A DNA stretch of 64,000 bases from Shigella phage ESh28: sequence record ON528738, one strand, 5' to 3'. Each line of letters starts with the position of its first letter. Positions within the stretch are counted from its first letter, which is position 1. The notes under the pieces were generated by a model. It saw only the letters and a list, made by a program, of their open reading frames with translations. It was not told where the DNA came from and did not search any database. Made by a program: the position numbers and the translations under genes. Of this stretch, positions 49,701 through 60,640 are shown piece after piece.

Positions 49701-49791
49701 TAGCACCAACGTCATCCCAGCGTACTTGCACCTGATTTGCGGATAACTTGGAAATTCTGAGACTAGTGACTGAAGGTGCTTTTACTGTCAT
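46693..49791 (-). CDS. 7: baseplate wedge gp7
   Basis: 1032 aa equals T4 gp7. Confidence 0.9.
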   Translation of the reverse strand: MTVKAPSVTSLRISKLSANQVQVRWDDVGANFYYFVEIAETKTDSGENLPSDQYRWINLGYTANNSFFFDDADPLTSYIIRVATAAQDFEQSDWIYTEEFETFATNAYTFQNMIEMQLANKFIQEKFTLNNSNYVNFNNDTIMAALMNESFQFSPSYADVSSISNFIIGENEYHEIQGSIQQVCKDINRVYLMESEGILYLFERYQPVVKVSNDKGQTWKAVKLFNDRVGYPLSKTVYYQSASTTYVLGYDKIFYGRKSTDVRWSADDVRFSSQDITFAKLGDQLHLGFDVEIFGTYATLPANVYRIAEAITCTDDYIYVVARDKVRYIKTSNAPIDSDPLSPTYSERLFEPDTMTITGNPKAVCYKMDSIGDKVFALIIGEVETLNANPRTSKIIDSTDKGIYVLNHDTKTWKRVFGNTEEERRRIQPGYANMSTDGKLVSLSSSNFKFLNDNVVNDPETVAKYQLIGAVKYEFPREWLADKHYHMMAFIADEKSDWETFTPQPMKYYAEPFFNWSKKSNTRCWINNSNRAVVVYADLKYTKVIENFPETSPDRLVHEYWDDGDCTIVMPNVKFTGFKKYASGMLFYKSSGEIISYYDFNYRVRDTVEIIWKPTGIFLKAFLQNQEHETPWAPEEEHGLADPDLRPLIGTMMPDSYLLQDSNFEAFCEAYIQYLSDGYGTQYNNLRNLIRNKYPREEHAWEYLWSEIYKRNIYLNADKRDAVARFFESRSYDFYSTKGIEASYKFLFKVLYNEEVEIEIESGAGTEYDIIVQSDSLTEDLVGQTIYTSTGRCNVTYIERSYSNGKLQWTVTIHNLLGRLIAGQEVKAERLPSFEGEIIRGVKGKDLLQNNIDYINRSRSYYVMKIKSNLPSSRWKSDVIRFVHPVGFGFIAITLLTMFINVGLTLKHTETIINKYKNYKWDSGLPTEYADRVAKLTPTGEIEHDSVTGEAIYEPGPMAGVKYPLPDDYNAENSNSIFQGQLPSERRKLMSPLFDASGTTFAQFRDLVNKRLKDNIGNPRDPENPTQVKIDE

Positions 49792-51770
49792 TGTGATATA
49801 GGCTCCAAATCGATAGTTAAGTATTGCGGACGTAAATCATTTTCAAATACAATCAGTGAACCATCACGGGTAAAGATAACATCATCGGTTGGGTCAGAAT
49901 ATAATTCAATAGTCTGAACTTCAAATTTTTCAGATGTTAAATTAATTTTAGCGATATTCCAATAAATCATGTCAGCTGGATAATTTATTTCACCGATAAC
50001 ATAGTATTTGTCGCGTCCATCAGAATTTGCTAATTTGTTAAAATCGTTGCCCGTATACGGCTGAATGTTTTCATTTTCAGTAACATCGCCAGAAGCAAAT
50101 GGACCAATAATAACTTTACCGATTCCTTTAGAATCTCGGTCTGTTGATACTATACGAACGTCATATAATACATCTTCTTCTAAACCAGTATCAGGATTTA
50201 CAACCTTTCGTCCAGAATTAAATGAAAACGTATTAGATTCCATAGAACGGTCTTTTATTTGATTATTGTATTTAATACCTGCTTCAGGCGTTTTATAGAA
50301 GTTTTGTACTTCACGAACAATTTGAATAGTCGCTGATGAACCAATGATAGAATGATCTGCATCATCTACGTAAGTTAACATCTTAGACTTGGCAAAAGAT
50401 GAGTTAAAAATTTCTACATCTTCGATATAATAGCGATCAATTTTATCAATTATTTGACCTTCAAGCCACTGTTCGGATTCTTGCAGCTTATTTAAAGCAT
50501 ATGTGACTTTTAAATTAGTCTTAATAAAAAGATAATTAGGAGAAATAATTGACGGTGTAATAGGCGCTAAATTATAATCTTTGAGATAATTTTTAATATC
50601 TTCACGCTGTACAGTAGTTAAATACAATCCTGATTTAGGTTTAGCAGCAATAAATGCATACCCAGGTTTAGTAGAATCAGTGAAAGTCTGAACAGCTTGA
50701 ATAATAGAACCGAATCTCTCTGAAACGAATGTATCATAGTCAGTCGCAGTTACGCAGCGTTGCTGGGTTTCGCGTTTAATAGTACCCAATTCGCGAATAC
50801 GCTCAATATCTTCTGGATCGCCACCGCCATCTGCCCCAACAAAATCTGGGTCATCATTTGGATTTTCGTTAATATTGATGACAGTTATATTTGTTAATGT
50901 ATCTGCGTATGAAAATCCGACTGCACCATTCGCATCTGCACCGTTAGTACTGATATACTCAATAACAATCGTAGAGTTCTGAGTAGGTTTAAGACCTCCA
51001 ATATAATTAGCAGTCAATGCTCCTTCTGCCGCATTAACGGAAATCTCACCTTCGCCAAAATAGAATTCAGTGTTTCCATCAATAGTTTCACGCATATAGT
51101 AAATCGTTGATGTAGAACCAGCATGAACCATTGACTTTCTTGTCCAGTTAATCCATTCTGCTCCATCAACATATAATTTAACCTGGTTTCTATCAATATT
51201 TTTATCATAAATGATAATAGGTGTTAATTTATCATAAATGATTTCAGTTCTTACTATACGTCCCTGGGCCAATTTTAAACGTGGAAAATATTGGTTATTT
51301 TTATCACGAATAGCAATAACGTCTTCGGTAGAAACGAAGTTATATGGATTAACAGAAGTATCCTTTGCATATGCTAAAAAGCGAGTACCGCGAGGAATAG
51401 TAATGTAATTCCTATTCAATGCGTCGGTGCATGTTAACATAATTTCAGTTTGAGCAGCTGATTTTGAAGTAGGTAAATATCCGTTATCTTGCGCAGCTTG
51501 AACAACTGAACTTCGTAAGTTAGCAGTACGCATAAAGCTTTCATACACAGCAGCATTACCAAACTGCTGAATGTACAATGTATTATAAGCCAAAAGGTCA
51601 CACAGAACGTTTAATCTTGAGCCTTCAAAATCATAATCCAAAAATTCATTTTGGCCATTAAGCCATTCAATGAGGTTTTGTTTTATTTCAGCAAACGTAC
51701 CCCCGACGAATATCTCGGGAATAGCATTTGCTGTTCTTGTTAATTGATAATTTACAGGGGTATTTGCCAT
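49788..51770 (-). CDS. 6: baseplate wedge gp6
   Basis: 660 aa equals T4 gp6. Confidence 0.9.
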   Translation of the reverse strand: MANTPVNYQLTRTANAIPEIFVGGTFAEIKQNLIEWLNGQNEFLDYDFEGSRLNVLCDLLAYNTLYIQQFGNAAVYESFMRTANLRSSVVQAAQDNGYLPTSKSAAQTEIMLTCTDALNRNYITIPRGTRFLAYAKDTSVNPYNFVSTEDVIAIRDKNNQYFPRLKLAQGRIVRTEIIYDKLTPIIIYDKNIDRNQVKLYVDGAEWINWTRKSMVHAGSTSTIYYMRETIDGNTEFYFGEGEISVNAAEGALTANYIGGLKPTQNSTIVIEYISTNGADANGAVGFSYADTLTNITVININENPNDDPDFVGADGGGDPEDIERIRELGTIKRETQQRCVTATDYDTFVSERFGSIIQAVQTFTDSTKPGYAFIAAKPKSGLYLTTVQREDIKNYLKDYNLAPITPSIISPNYLFIKTNLKVTYALNKLQESEQWLEGQIIDKIDRYYIEDVEIFNSSFAKSKMLTYVDDADHSIIGSSATIQIVREVQNFYKTPEAGIKYNNQIKDRSMESNTFSFNSGRKVVNPDTGLEEDVLYDVRIVSTDRDSKGIGKVIIGPFASGDVTENENIQPYTGNDFNKLANSDGRDKYYVIGEINYPADMIYWNIAKINLTSEKFEVQTIELYSDPTDDVIFTRDGSLIVFENDLRPQYLTIDLEPISQ

Positions 51771-51778
51771 TTTAAATC

Positions 51779-52072
51779 CTATTTAATGAATACTTTAGAT
51801 GATGCCTGAGCCACAGTATCACCACATGATATTGGATCAGCCATTTGAACAGCTTTCTTTCCAGTGACATATACCTTAGAAGTTCTAGGTTGTGTCACTC
51901 CGCCATGTGTTTCATATGGCTTTTTAATTTCTGTATGTTCTGTAATTGGATCGCCTGCTACTAGAACAGCAATTCCTCCAGTGAATACTTTACTTTGCGT
52001 AGCATTCACAACTGTTGGAGGCCACGCTTCATGGCCAGCAGTAACACACTTATCATAACTCAATCCTGACAT
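51779..52072 (-). CDS. 5.4: PAAR-like spike tip protein gp5.4
   Basis: 97 aa equals T4 gp5.4; position downstream of gene 5. Confidence 0.7.
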
Positions 52073-52627
52073 TTATGACCTCTCATATACATAGCTTCTT
52101 AATTTATTAGCCCAACGACTCCAATTTCCAACTATAGTTTTTGTGTAATTTTTAACTAGAGTTTTTCTTACTGGAGCAGGAGGATCCGTTGGTTCAGTAG
52201 TATCAGAAGATGACCTAGAATTACTGCCAGAACCTCCAGATTCACTTTGTTCTTGGTAGTCATATATTAATGTTACTTCGTAAGTGAATGTCTTCTGGAG
52301 ATTTTGAGGAGCTTTCCACAAATACAACTGAGTATCAGAATCAGTAGGAAGTTCTTCCCATGAAGCAGCAGTTTTAAATTCATCGCCTAAACGATATTTC
52401 AACGCGTCATTTCCAAATCCAAACACAGATTCATATGTTCCATATAAGCGATTTTCTTCTACTAAAACCCCAGGAGTTTCTTCGTAACTAGTTATATTTA
52501 TAGATACTAACGTTTCACCTGTTTCTAATTGAGCGGTAAAGGTGACGTCGATAGAAGAACCTTCCATGGATTCTCCTAAATCAGCGCTCATTGGAAGTAT
52601 ATTAGCCAATGTCAATCCTCGATCCAT
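52073..52627 (-). CDS. 5.1: hypothetical protein gp5.1
   Basis: track ORF starts at TTG 52630; ATG at 52627; about 184 aa. Confidence 0.6.
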
Positions 52628-54329
52628 CAATTGTGTATTGACCAGATGAAATAGAACTCATAGATGCCATTTTTTCTGTCCAATCACCACCAACGTCCCA
52701 ATCAACTGTCCCAGCAACTTTCCAAGAAAGATTTCCATTTACTGTATTAGTTTGATTTCCTTCAACTAAAGTAGTAGCATCTCCTTTAACTGTAATGTCA
52801 GCATTACCTTCAACTACAATAGTAACATTACCTTTAACTAGAATAGTTCCATTACCTTCAACCGTCTTAGTTTCATCGCCACGGACAAATATTGTATTGC
52901 TTCCATCTATCTGGTGAAGACGATTATCCATGTTGTAATAAATTTCTGATCCACCGACGTTAGTCTTTTTATCACCGGCTACCAAAAAATTACCATCAGC
53001 GTTGGTTATATCATACAAATTATCAACAGTTTTTCTTGTTCTTCTTCCTGACGGTGATACTTCTTCATAAGTTCCAGTTGGATGAACTAATCTGTATCGT
53101 TCTTGCCCAGGGGTATCATCAAATTCCTGAATATGTCCGCTTTCAGTTTCCATTGTATGCACATAAGGATATTCACCTTTATATGAAGAAACTGGTTCTT
53201 TGAATAAAATTCTCGAGTCATTTGGAATAGGAGGGTCAGCAGGGTCAGAAGATTTAGCTACAGTAGCAGCCATTGCTGATAGAGACCTAGCTGGGGTTTT
53301 CACTTCAACACCATATGATTCCAAATTTCCCGTAAGAATAATCATAGTAACACGGGATGCACGGCCTTTTGTTTGTTGATACCACAATGAATCACGACCG
53401 GCTTTATATGCTTTTTCCCAATCTCCGGCTAACATAGCAGTTAACATTGTGTTAAATTTAGCTACACCGCCAACACCCATCTGAAATGCCATATTTTCTA
53501 ACGCCATTTGACGAGAACGATTAACTGCTTGCCAAACTGGGCCAACTTTAGAATGTGATTTAATGTCACGTTGCATATCAGCTAAATCACGTTCAAATAA
53601 AGTTACCGCTTCTTCCATTGTAATAGAACCTGGATTTCCAGTAATTTCACGACCAACTTGTTTCGATAAAACTTTATTAATTTGGGTCATATCACGAACT
53701 GGCTGCTTCATGATAAGATGACCAATACCAATTGTCGGATATCCTTCGGTATCCCAATAAACTTTTAGTCTTAATCCTTCATCACGGCGAAGCATTTCAG
53801 CCATTGACATATTTGGATTATCATCAGTTGGAATTTCTGATAACGGTCTATCATCGGGATTTATCGCAGTGTCTAGATTGCTATCTTGGATAATATTAGA
53901 AGACGAATCATATCCTACTTCTCCGCCTTGGTTTAATACGTTAGTATCATTTCCTAGACGTCTAGGATACTGTCCAGTTGGGTCAGAAAATCCTTCAAGT
54001 CTATTAGGTTTTTCGCGAACTATTCCGCCATAAGTGCCAAGGACAATTCCGTTAGTTTTCCATTTGTCCAAAAAATGACCATAAACTCTAGTTCCTTCTA
54101 CTGGTCCAGTAACAGAACCTCCAATTCCAGACATTGCTGCAGAAGTTATCGGTTGAATAACTGACATCCATGGCAATTTATCGGTTGGAATACCCATTAC
54201 ATCGCCTTGTGCTCTTTGGGGTGGATGCAGACCAACCACACGAACACGAACACGACCTAATTTTAATGGGTCCATTCTATCTTCAACAACACCAACAAAC
54301 CAATTAAGGTTATTACTTATCATTTCCAT
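52602..54329 (-). CDS. 5: baseplate hub + tail lysozyme gp5
   Basis: 575 aa equals T4 gp5; C-terminal VxGxxxxx beta-helix repeats (VEGNGTILVKGNVTIVVEGNADITVKGDATTLVEGN). Confidence 0.9.
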   Translation of the reverse strand: MEMISNNLNWFVGVVEDRMDPLKLGRVRVRVVGLHPPQRAQGDVMGIPTDKLPWMSVIQPITSAAMSGIGGSVTGPVEGTRVYGHFLDKWKTNGIVLGTYGGIVREKPNRLEGFSDPTGQYPRRLGNDTNVLNQGGEVGYDSSSNIIQDSNLDTAINPDDRPLSEIPTDDNPNMSMAEMLRRDEGLRLKVYWDTEGYPTIGIGHLIMKQPVRDMTQINKVLSKQVGREITGNPGSITMEEAVTLFERDLADMQRDIKSHSKVGPVWQAVNRSRQMALENMAFQMGVGGVAKFNTMLTAMLAGDWEKAYKAGRDSLWYQQTKGRASRVTMIILTGNLESYGVEVKTPARSLSAMAATVAKSSDPADPPIPNDSRILFKEPVSSYKGEYPYVHTMETESGHIQEFDDTPGQERYRLVHPTGTYEEVSPSGRRTRKTVDNLYDITNADGNFLVAGDKKTNVGGSEIYYNMDNRLHQIDGSNTIFVRGDETKTVEGNGTILVKGNVTIVVEGNADITVKGDATTLVEGNQTNTVNGNLSWKVAGTVDWDVGGDWTEKMASMSSISSGQYTIDGSRIDIG

Positions 54330-54903
54330 AAGATTTCTCCATTATACGTATAAGGTCGTTCATAAATGAATTGATGTCTGATTTTGCTATTATTTTTATT
54401 TGACGAAGTTTTTCATTTTCAAGAACAGCAGCTTCATACGTATCGACCGCAGCAAGTGCTCCTTCGTATTGAGGATATTTTCTAGCTTTATCGCCTTTAT
54501 CATACCAAACATATGGATTATCATCGTATGATATTAAATTATAAAATTTTTCACCGTTCTCATTCACGTGATATACTATTTGGTCTCCACCTACATTTTT
54601 GTATTTTTGTATAGATGCTTGATAAGCAGCTTCTTGCGAAGTAATCCATCCATAATACGGGTCATAATTATCATTACACATCAATAAAACCCAATACAAC
54701 TGTGGATTTCCATATATAGCATTTGCTAATTCTTCCGGGCGTGGTGAACCTTTAATATAATAAGTACGTAAGCGGTATCCCGCAAGAGCGCGTTTAAAAT
54801 AGTCTTTATAGTTTCTAAAAATATCTGTCATAGGAATAGTCGGCGCGTTTTTATTCACCGTTTTGGCCGCATATTCAATCGGATCAAAAAATGTAAAGAG
54901 CAT
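54313..54903 (-). CDS. 53: baseplate wedge gp53
   Basis: 196 aa equals T4 gp53. Confidence 0.85.
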   Translation of the reverse strand: MLFTFFDPIEYAAKTVNKNAPTIPMTDIFRNYKDYFKRALAGYRLRTYYIKGSPRPEELANAIYGNPQLYWVLLMCNDNYDPYYGWITSQEAAYQASIQKYKNVGGDQIVYHVNENGEKFYNLISYDDNPYVWYDKGDKARKYPQYEGALAAVDTYEAAVLENEKLRQIKIIAKSDINSFMNDLIRIMEKSYGNDK

Positions 54904-54916
54904 GGGCCCTCCTGTT

Positions 54917-54924
54917 TATAAATA
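54917..54924 (+). promoter_or_regulatory. late promoter TATAAATA for gene 4
   Basis: exact TATAAATA 27 nt upstream of gene 4 ATG. Confidence 0.7.
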
Positions 54925-54931
54925 TATTATC

Positions 54932-54939
54932 TATTTATA
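54932..54939 (-). promoter_or_regulatory. late promoter TATAAATA for gene 53 (divergent)
   Basis: TATTTATA on plus strand upstream of gene 53. Confidence 0.65.
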
Positions 54940-54950
54940 AGGAGAATCCA

Positions 54951-55403
54951 ATGGCATATTCTGGAAAATGGGTTCCTAAAAATATATCAAAATATAGAGG
55001 TGACCCTAAAAAAATTACGTATAGATCAAATTGGGAAAAATTCTTTTTTGAATGGTTAGATAAAAATCCAGAAATTATTGCATGGGGTAGTGAAACAGCA
55101 GTAATTCCGTATTTTTGCAATGCAGAAGGCAAAAAGCGTAGATACTTCATGGATATTTGGATGAAAGATTCTTCTGGACAAGAATTTTTTATTGAAATAA
55201 AACCTAAAAAAGAAACACAACCACCAGTTAAACCAGCACATCTAACAACTGCAGCGAAGAAAAGATTTATGAATGAAATTTATACATATTCCGTTAATAC
55301 TGACAAATGGAAAGCAGCTCAATCTTTAGCTGAAAAGCGTGGAATAAAATTTAGAATTCTAACAGAAGATGGATTACGAGCTCTTGGCTTTAAGGGGGCA
55401 TAA
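54951..55403 (+). CDS. 4: head completion protein gp4
   Basis: 150 aa equals T4 gp4; SD AAGGAG. Confidence 0.85.
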
Positions 55404-56227
55404 TGGCTATTTTTCAAATAATTAATGAAAGCACTCCCCAAGTTCCAAAGGTTAAGCAATCATTAAACGAAAAGAAATGGATTCAGATAGGTCTTGAATA
55501 CAAAAAGGCCAAAGCAAAAGGAATGACAGGAAAACAATTTGCTGAAGAAAGAGGAATCAAATACTCTACGTTTACTTCAGCAATGTCAAAATATGCTTCA
55601 GGAATTAAAACGGCTGAAAAGATTCAAAAGCTTGAATCAAAACCAATGAATAAACTCAATAAGCAAGAAAGACAACTGCTTATGATAAATTCATTCAGAC
55701 AAACATTGCGTGATAAAATTCGTAATGAAGGTGCAGCAATTAATAATAAAACCAGAAAGTGGTTTGCCGAAACTATTAAGCAAGTAAAAGGACATAAAGT
55801 TGTTCGCCCGCAGCCGGGACGAATATATGCTTTTGCTTATGATGCTAAACACAAGGAAACTCTTCCTTATTGGGATAAATTTCCTTTGATAATTTACCTC
55901 GGTTTAGGTAAACACAATTTAATGTACGGATTGAACTTGCACTATATTCCACCTAAAGCTCGTCAGCAATTTCTAGAAGAGCTTTTAAAGCAATATGCAA
56001 ATACACCTACTATTACTAATAAAACGAAATTAAAAATTGATTGGAGTCAAGTGAAAGGATTTAGGGGTGCAGACCAAATGATTAAGGCATATATACCTGG
56101 TAATATTATGGGTAGCCTTGTTGAAATCGCCCCGAAAGACTGGGCGAACGTTGTGTTAATGCCACTTCAGCAGTTCGTTTCAAAAGGAAAACGTTTCTCT
56201 GCAAACAAAGTCTGGTCAAATATCTAA
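55403..56227 (+). CDS. 2: DNA end protector gp2
   Basis: 274 aa equals T4 gp2. Confidence 0.85.
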
Positions 56228-56333
56228 TTCTATTATCTTCCATTCTTTTCTGTTGTTTGTTCTAAATGGAATTGAATGGAAGGGACTTAGACCCATTATA
56301 CCACTAACAGTTATAAAGCATTATGAGGAATAT

Positions 56334-56864
56334 ATGTCGCAAGCTCTGCAACAAATTTTTAACCAAGCAAATACAACTAACTTTGTAGTATCAATACCAC
56401 ATAGTAATACTACATCTGCTTTTACTTTAAATGCTCAGTCAGTTCCTATTCCAGGAATTAGAATACCTGTTACTGATACCGTGACTGGGCCGTTTGGACT
56501 GGGCCGAGCACAACGTCCAGGTGTTACATTTGAGTATGATCCACTCATCGTGAGATTTATAGTTGATGAAGAACTTAAGTCGTGGATAGGAATGTATGAA
56601 TGGATGCTAGGAACTAGCAACTATCTTACAGGTGAAAATACTGCCCAAAAAACAGGTCCTGAGTACATTACGCTTTACATCTTAGATAATAGCAAAACTG
56701 AAATCGTGATGTCAATAAATTTTTATAAGCCTTGGGTTTCTGACCTATCTGAAGTAGAATTTAGCTATACGGAAGATTCAGACCCGGCGTTAGTATGTAC
56801 TGCAACGATTCCTTACACCTATTTTCAAGTAGAAAAAGATGGTAAAATTATAGCAGAAGTTTAA
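56334..56864 (+). CDS. 3: tail completion / sheath stabiliser gp3
   Basis: track ORF starts at TTG 56253; ATG at 56334 with SD GAGGAA gives 176 aa, the T4 gp3 length. Confidence 0.85.
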   Translation: MSQALQQIFNQANTTNFVVSIPHSNTTSAFTLNAQSVPIPGIRIPVTDTVTGPFGLGRAQRPGVTFEYDPLIVRFIVDEELKSWIGMYEWMLGTSNYLTGENTAQKTGPEYITLYILDNSKTEIVMSINFYKPWVSDLSEVEFSYTEDSDPALVCTATIPYTYFQVEKDGKIIAEV

Positions 56865-56913
56865 TGCTTCAGTTTTGTGTGTTATAATCTTAATTAAATT
56901 TGAGGAGAAACAC

Positions 56914-57638
56914 ATGAAACTAATCTTTTTAAGCGGTGTAAAGCGTAGTGGAAAAGATACTACTGCTGATTTTATCATGAGCAATTATTCTGCAGTTAAA
57001 TATCAACTTGCTGGTCCTATTAAGGATGCATTGGCTTATGCATGGGGAGTATTTGCAGCAAACACTGACTATCCTTGCTTAACTCGTAAAGAGTTTGAAG
57101 GAATTGACTATGATCGTGAGACTAATTTAAATCTGACTAAATTAGAAGTAATCACGATTATGGAACAAGCATTTTGCTATCTTAATGGTAAAAGCCCAAT
57201 TAAAGGTGTGTTTGTTTTTGATGACGAAGGACAAGAATCAGTTAATTCCGTAGCATTTAACAAGATTATTGACGTTATAAATAATATTGAAGATCAATGG
57301 TCAGTCCGTCGTCTGATGCAAGCCCTAGGTACGGATTTGATTGTTAATAACTTCGATCGCATGTACTGGGTAAAATTATTTGCTTTAGATTATCTTGATA
57401 AATTTAACTCAGGTTATGATTATTATATCGTTCCTGATACTCGTCAAGATCATGAAATGGATGCGGCTAGGGCGATGGGTGCTACAGTAATTCATGTAGT
57501 TCGTCCTGGTCAAAAATCCAATGATACACATATTACAGAAGCTGGATTGCCAATTCGTGATGGCGATTTAGTAATTACAAACGATGGTTCTCTTGAAGAA
57601 CTTTTTTCTAAAATTAAAAATACACTAAAGGTACTATA

Positions 57639-57639
<1 letters not shown>
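56914..57639 (+). CDS. 1: deoxynucleoside monophosphate kinase gp1
   Basis: track ORF starts at TTG 56875; ATG at 56914 with SD GAGGAG gives 241 aa; P-loop GVKRSGKDT. Confidence 0.9.
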
Positions 57640-58347
<708 letters not shown>

Positions 58348-58357
<10 letters not shown>

Positions 58358-58378
58358 CTGATGAGGTAGTGATACTAT
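58348..58378 (+). promoter_or_regulatory. early-type promoter (-35 GTTTAC, -10 TGaTACTAT)
   Basis: GTTTAC 58348-58353, TACTAT 58373-58378. Confidence 0.55.
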
Positions 58379-58408
58379 TACCTCATCAAAATTAATTAGG
58401 AAAATAAA

Positions 58409-58666
58409 ATGAAAACTTTCAAAGAGTTTGCTACAAAAACTACTATTACTGAATCTTCCCACGGTATGGAAGTAAAGCTTGGAATGGCTTTAGCTGAAGC
58501 TGAGCGTCTTTTCTCTCGTATTAAAGAACTTGCTGCTGCAGTCGATCCTTCGTCTTTTAAAGGAGACCAAACTAAAGTTAAAGCGCTTTTAGCATTATGC
58601 TCCGATGCGGGAGAAATCGCTAAAAATGGTTCTAAGATGAAGAAACGATTAGAAGATTTAAAATAA
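58409..58666 (+). CDS. internal-protein-like (IPI-type) capsid-injected protein with N-terminal capsid-targeting sequence
   Basis: 85 aa starting MKTFKEFATK...ITE, resembling the T4 IP targeting signal MKTYQEFIAE; position next to 57B as T4 ipI. Confidence 0.5.
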   Translation: MKTFKEFATKTTITESSHGMEVKLGMALAEAERLFSRIKELAAAVDPSSFKGDQTKVKALLALCSDAGEIAKNGSKMKKRLEDLK

Positions 58667-58687
58667 TTTCACAAAGTTGTTTACATA
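58651..58687 (+). repeat. 37-bp direct repeat (copy 2) spanning last codons of the IPI-like gene and an early promoter -35
   Basis: AGAAGATTTAAAATAATTTCACAAAGTTGTTTACATA. Confidence 0.8.
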
Positions 58688-58708
58688 GGGTTTTAGTTGT
58701 GATACTAT
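58679..58708 (+). promoter_or_regulatory. early-type promoter (-35 GTTTAC, -10 TGaTACTAT)
   Basis: GTTTAC 58679-58684, TACTAT 58703-58708. Confidence 0.55.
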
Positions 58709-58736
58709 TACCCTATCAACTACTGAGGAGAATAAA

Positions 58737-58922
58737 ATGAAACGTTGTGAATTAATTCGAAATGTTGCTATTGCAATTTCTGCTTCCGCTTTTAGTTTTT
58801 CAATGTTTGTTGGATTTATATGCGGATTATTAACTACAGCAGAAAATGTGTTTTCACTTGTAGTAGCATTTTTAATTGGTTTAATCGCTATTGTTATGGA
58901 TAAAATTTCTAAAGGTGAATAA
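58737..58922 (+). CDS. small membrane protein (two predicted TM helices)
   Basis: 61 aa, hydrophobic stretches AIAISASAFSFSMFVGFICGLL and FSLVVAFLIGLIAIV; SD GAGGAG. Confidence 0.45.
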   Translation: MKRCELIRNVAIAISASAFSFSMFVGFICGLLTTAENVFSLVVAFLIGLIAIVMDKISKGE

Positions 58923-59327
58923 ATGAATATTAACGAATATTATGTTTATGCTGGGGATTATGCAAATCCTTCTCATTTTGAAGGTAATTTAATACCTGAT
59001 AGAGTTTTTAATACTCCTTTTGAAGCGTGGAGTTGGGTTGAAAGTAAAAATGGATTTTCTTACCGTTATGTTGAAGTAACTGATTGGAAAGGAACTAAAT
59101 ATCCTAAAGAGCATTATTATATAGACCCATCTAAAGTAAATTTTCTTTTGTTCGCAGGCGATAATTACTATCCTTGCGGTGGATATGATGATTTGATTGC
59201 GTATGCTGAAACAGAAGATGAATTACGCCAAATTATTGAAGACAATAAATCAAAACGATTTGGCGATAGTTTCGACTGGTGGCAAATTGTAAATGCCAAT
59301 ACGCACACTATTGTCGATAAAGGTTAA
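58923..59327 (+). CDS. hypothetical protein
   Basis: 134-aa ATG ORF coupled to upstream stop. Confidence 0.5.
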   Translation: MNINEYYVYAGDYANPSHFEGNLIPDRVFNTPFEAWSWVESKNGFSYRYVEVTDWKGTKYPKEHYYIDPSKVNFLLFAGDNYYPCGGYDDLIAYAETEDELRQIIEDNKSKRFGDSFDWWQIVNANTHTIVDKG

Positions 59328-59329
59328 TA

Positions 59330-59620
59330 ATGATTCTTTATGCGAAAGTATCATCTATTGAAAATGGATATAAATATGATCAAGAAGCAGCTAAAGCCTT
59401 GATTGATGATTATGGCATTTTAACATATTTTGAAGTTGAAAAGGTTTACATTGACCGTTCATCTTCTCAAGTTAAATTAGTGAAGGAAGACAGTAAATTT
59501 AATACAGTAAATTTTGATTTCTTTATTGAAACAGAAAAAGGTCCTCTTGAATATGATATTTTCAAGAATCCTTTGGGTCTTGAATGTATTAAATATACTT
59601 ACATTAATGCAGCGTGGTGA
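59330..59620 (+). CDS. hypothetical protein
   Basis: 96-aa ATG ORF. Confidence 0.5.
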   Translation: MILYAKVSSIENGYKYDQEAAKALIDDYGILTYFEVEKVYIDRSSSQVKLVKEDSKFNTVNFDFFIETEKGPLEYDIFKNPLGLECIKYTYINAAW

Positions 59621-59622
59621 AA

Positions 59623-60138
59623 ATGAATATTTGTTTAGGTACTACAATTCCGCAGGGCTACGTAATTGATGTCACTACCTGGGAAAATGATGGTGACAAC
59701 TATAAAACCAAAACATTGTTTGGCGTAGAAGAGCATGAAATCTTACAATTTCAGTATCTTTTAAAGAAGTTTAAAAGCAGATATTCTAGTACTAAAATTG
59801 AGCGCTATTGTGGTAATGGTTTGTTCAGCGAGCAATCTCTTTTTATTTATGAATACTTGGTTGAAGGACTGTTCTCAGATCAGCTTTATCCAGAATTCAT
59901 TAAAAAGGTCTTTCGCATAGAAGTTGACCTTGGTAATAAATCTGAAGAAGATGAAGAACGTGTATTTGACTTATTCTTTGTGAATGGTAATAAAGTGCTT
60001 GAAGGACTTATTAATATTTTAGGTAATGCTTCTGAGTATTATGATTATGATTTTTTGCGTGTAGTTGAGAGTGTTAAATACTCTTATATAGAAGAAGAAA
60101 TTGTTTTGCCGACCGTTAAAATGTTTAATTTGCTTTAA
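59623..60138 (+). CDS. hypothetical protein
   Basis: track ORF starts at GTG 59614; first ATG 59623; about 171 aa. Confidence 0.5.
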   Translation: MNICLGTTIPQGYVIDVTTWENDGDNYKTKTLFGVEEHEILQFQYLLKKFKSRYSSTKIERYCGNGLFSEQSLFIYEYLVEGLFSDQLYPEFIKKVFRIEVDLGNKSEEDEERVFDLFFVNGNKVLEGLINILGNASEYYDYDFLRVVESVKYSYIEEEIVLPTVKMFNLL

Positions 60139-60155
60139 GAATTATTTGTTATTAT
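60131..60155 (+). promoter_or_regulatory. middle-type promoter (MotA box TGCTTTA, -10 TATTAT) upstream of tRNA cluster
   Basis: 28-bp block identical to the gene 31 promoter at 589-616. Confidence 0.5.
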
Positions 60156-60224
60156 TAACTCATATCGCACTGATTAATACCCTCTATCATCAAGGGTTCT
60201 TGCTTAAGAGCCTTTGTTAATAAT

Positions 60225-60297
60225 TGGGAATTAGCCAAGTTGGTAAGGCATAGCACTTTGACTGCTAGATGCAAAGGTTCGAGTCCTTTATTCCCAG
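60225..60297 (+). tRNA. tRNA-Gln (anticodon UUG)
   Basis: cloverleaf folded by eye: acceptor TGGGAAT/ATTCCCA, anticodon loop CTTTGAC, T-arm GGTTCGAGTCC. Confidence 0.85.
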
Positions 60298-60298
60298 C

Positions 60299-60385
60299 GC
60301 GAGAATGGTCAAATTGGTAAAGGCACAGCACTTAAAATGCTGCGGAATGATTTCCTTGTGGGTTCGAGTCCCACTTCTCGCACCA
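60299..60385 (+). tRNA. tRNA-Leu (anticodon UAA), type II with long variable arm
   Basis: acceptor GCGAGAA/TTCTCGC, anticodon loop CTTAAAA, T-arm GGTTCGAGTCC, CCA encoded. Confidence 0.85.
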
Positions 60386-60390
60386 AATTT

Positions 60391-60464
<74 letters not shown>

Positions 60465-60474
60465 ATTTAATTTA

Positions 60475-60548
60475 CTCCGTGTAGCTCAGTTTGGTAGAGC
60501 GTCTGCTTTGGGAGCAGAATGTCGCAGGTTCAAATCCTGCCGTGGAGA
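60475..60548 (+). tRNA. tRNA-Pro (anticodon UGG)
   Basis: D-arm GCTCAGTTTGGTAGAGC, anticodon stem-loop TCTGC-TTTGGGA-GCAGA, T-arm GCAGGTTCAAATCCTGC. Confidence 0.8.
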
Positions 60549-60550
60549 CT

Positions 60551-60640
60551 GGAGGCGTGGCAGAGTGGTTTAATGCACCGGTCTTGAAAACCGGCAGTCG
60601 CTCCGGCGACTCATAGGTTCAAATCCTATCGCCTCCGCCA
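60551..60640 (+). tRNA. tRNA-Ser (anticodon UGA), type II
   Basis: acceptor GGAGGCG/CGCCTCC, anticodon loop CTTGAAA, long variable arm, T-arm GGTTCAAATCC, CCA encoded. Confidence 0.85.
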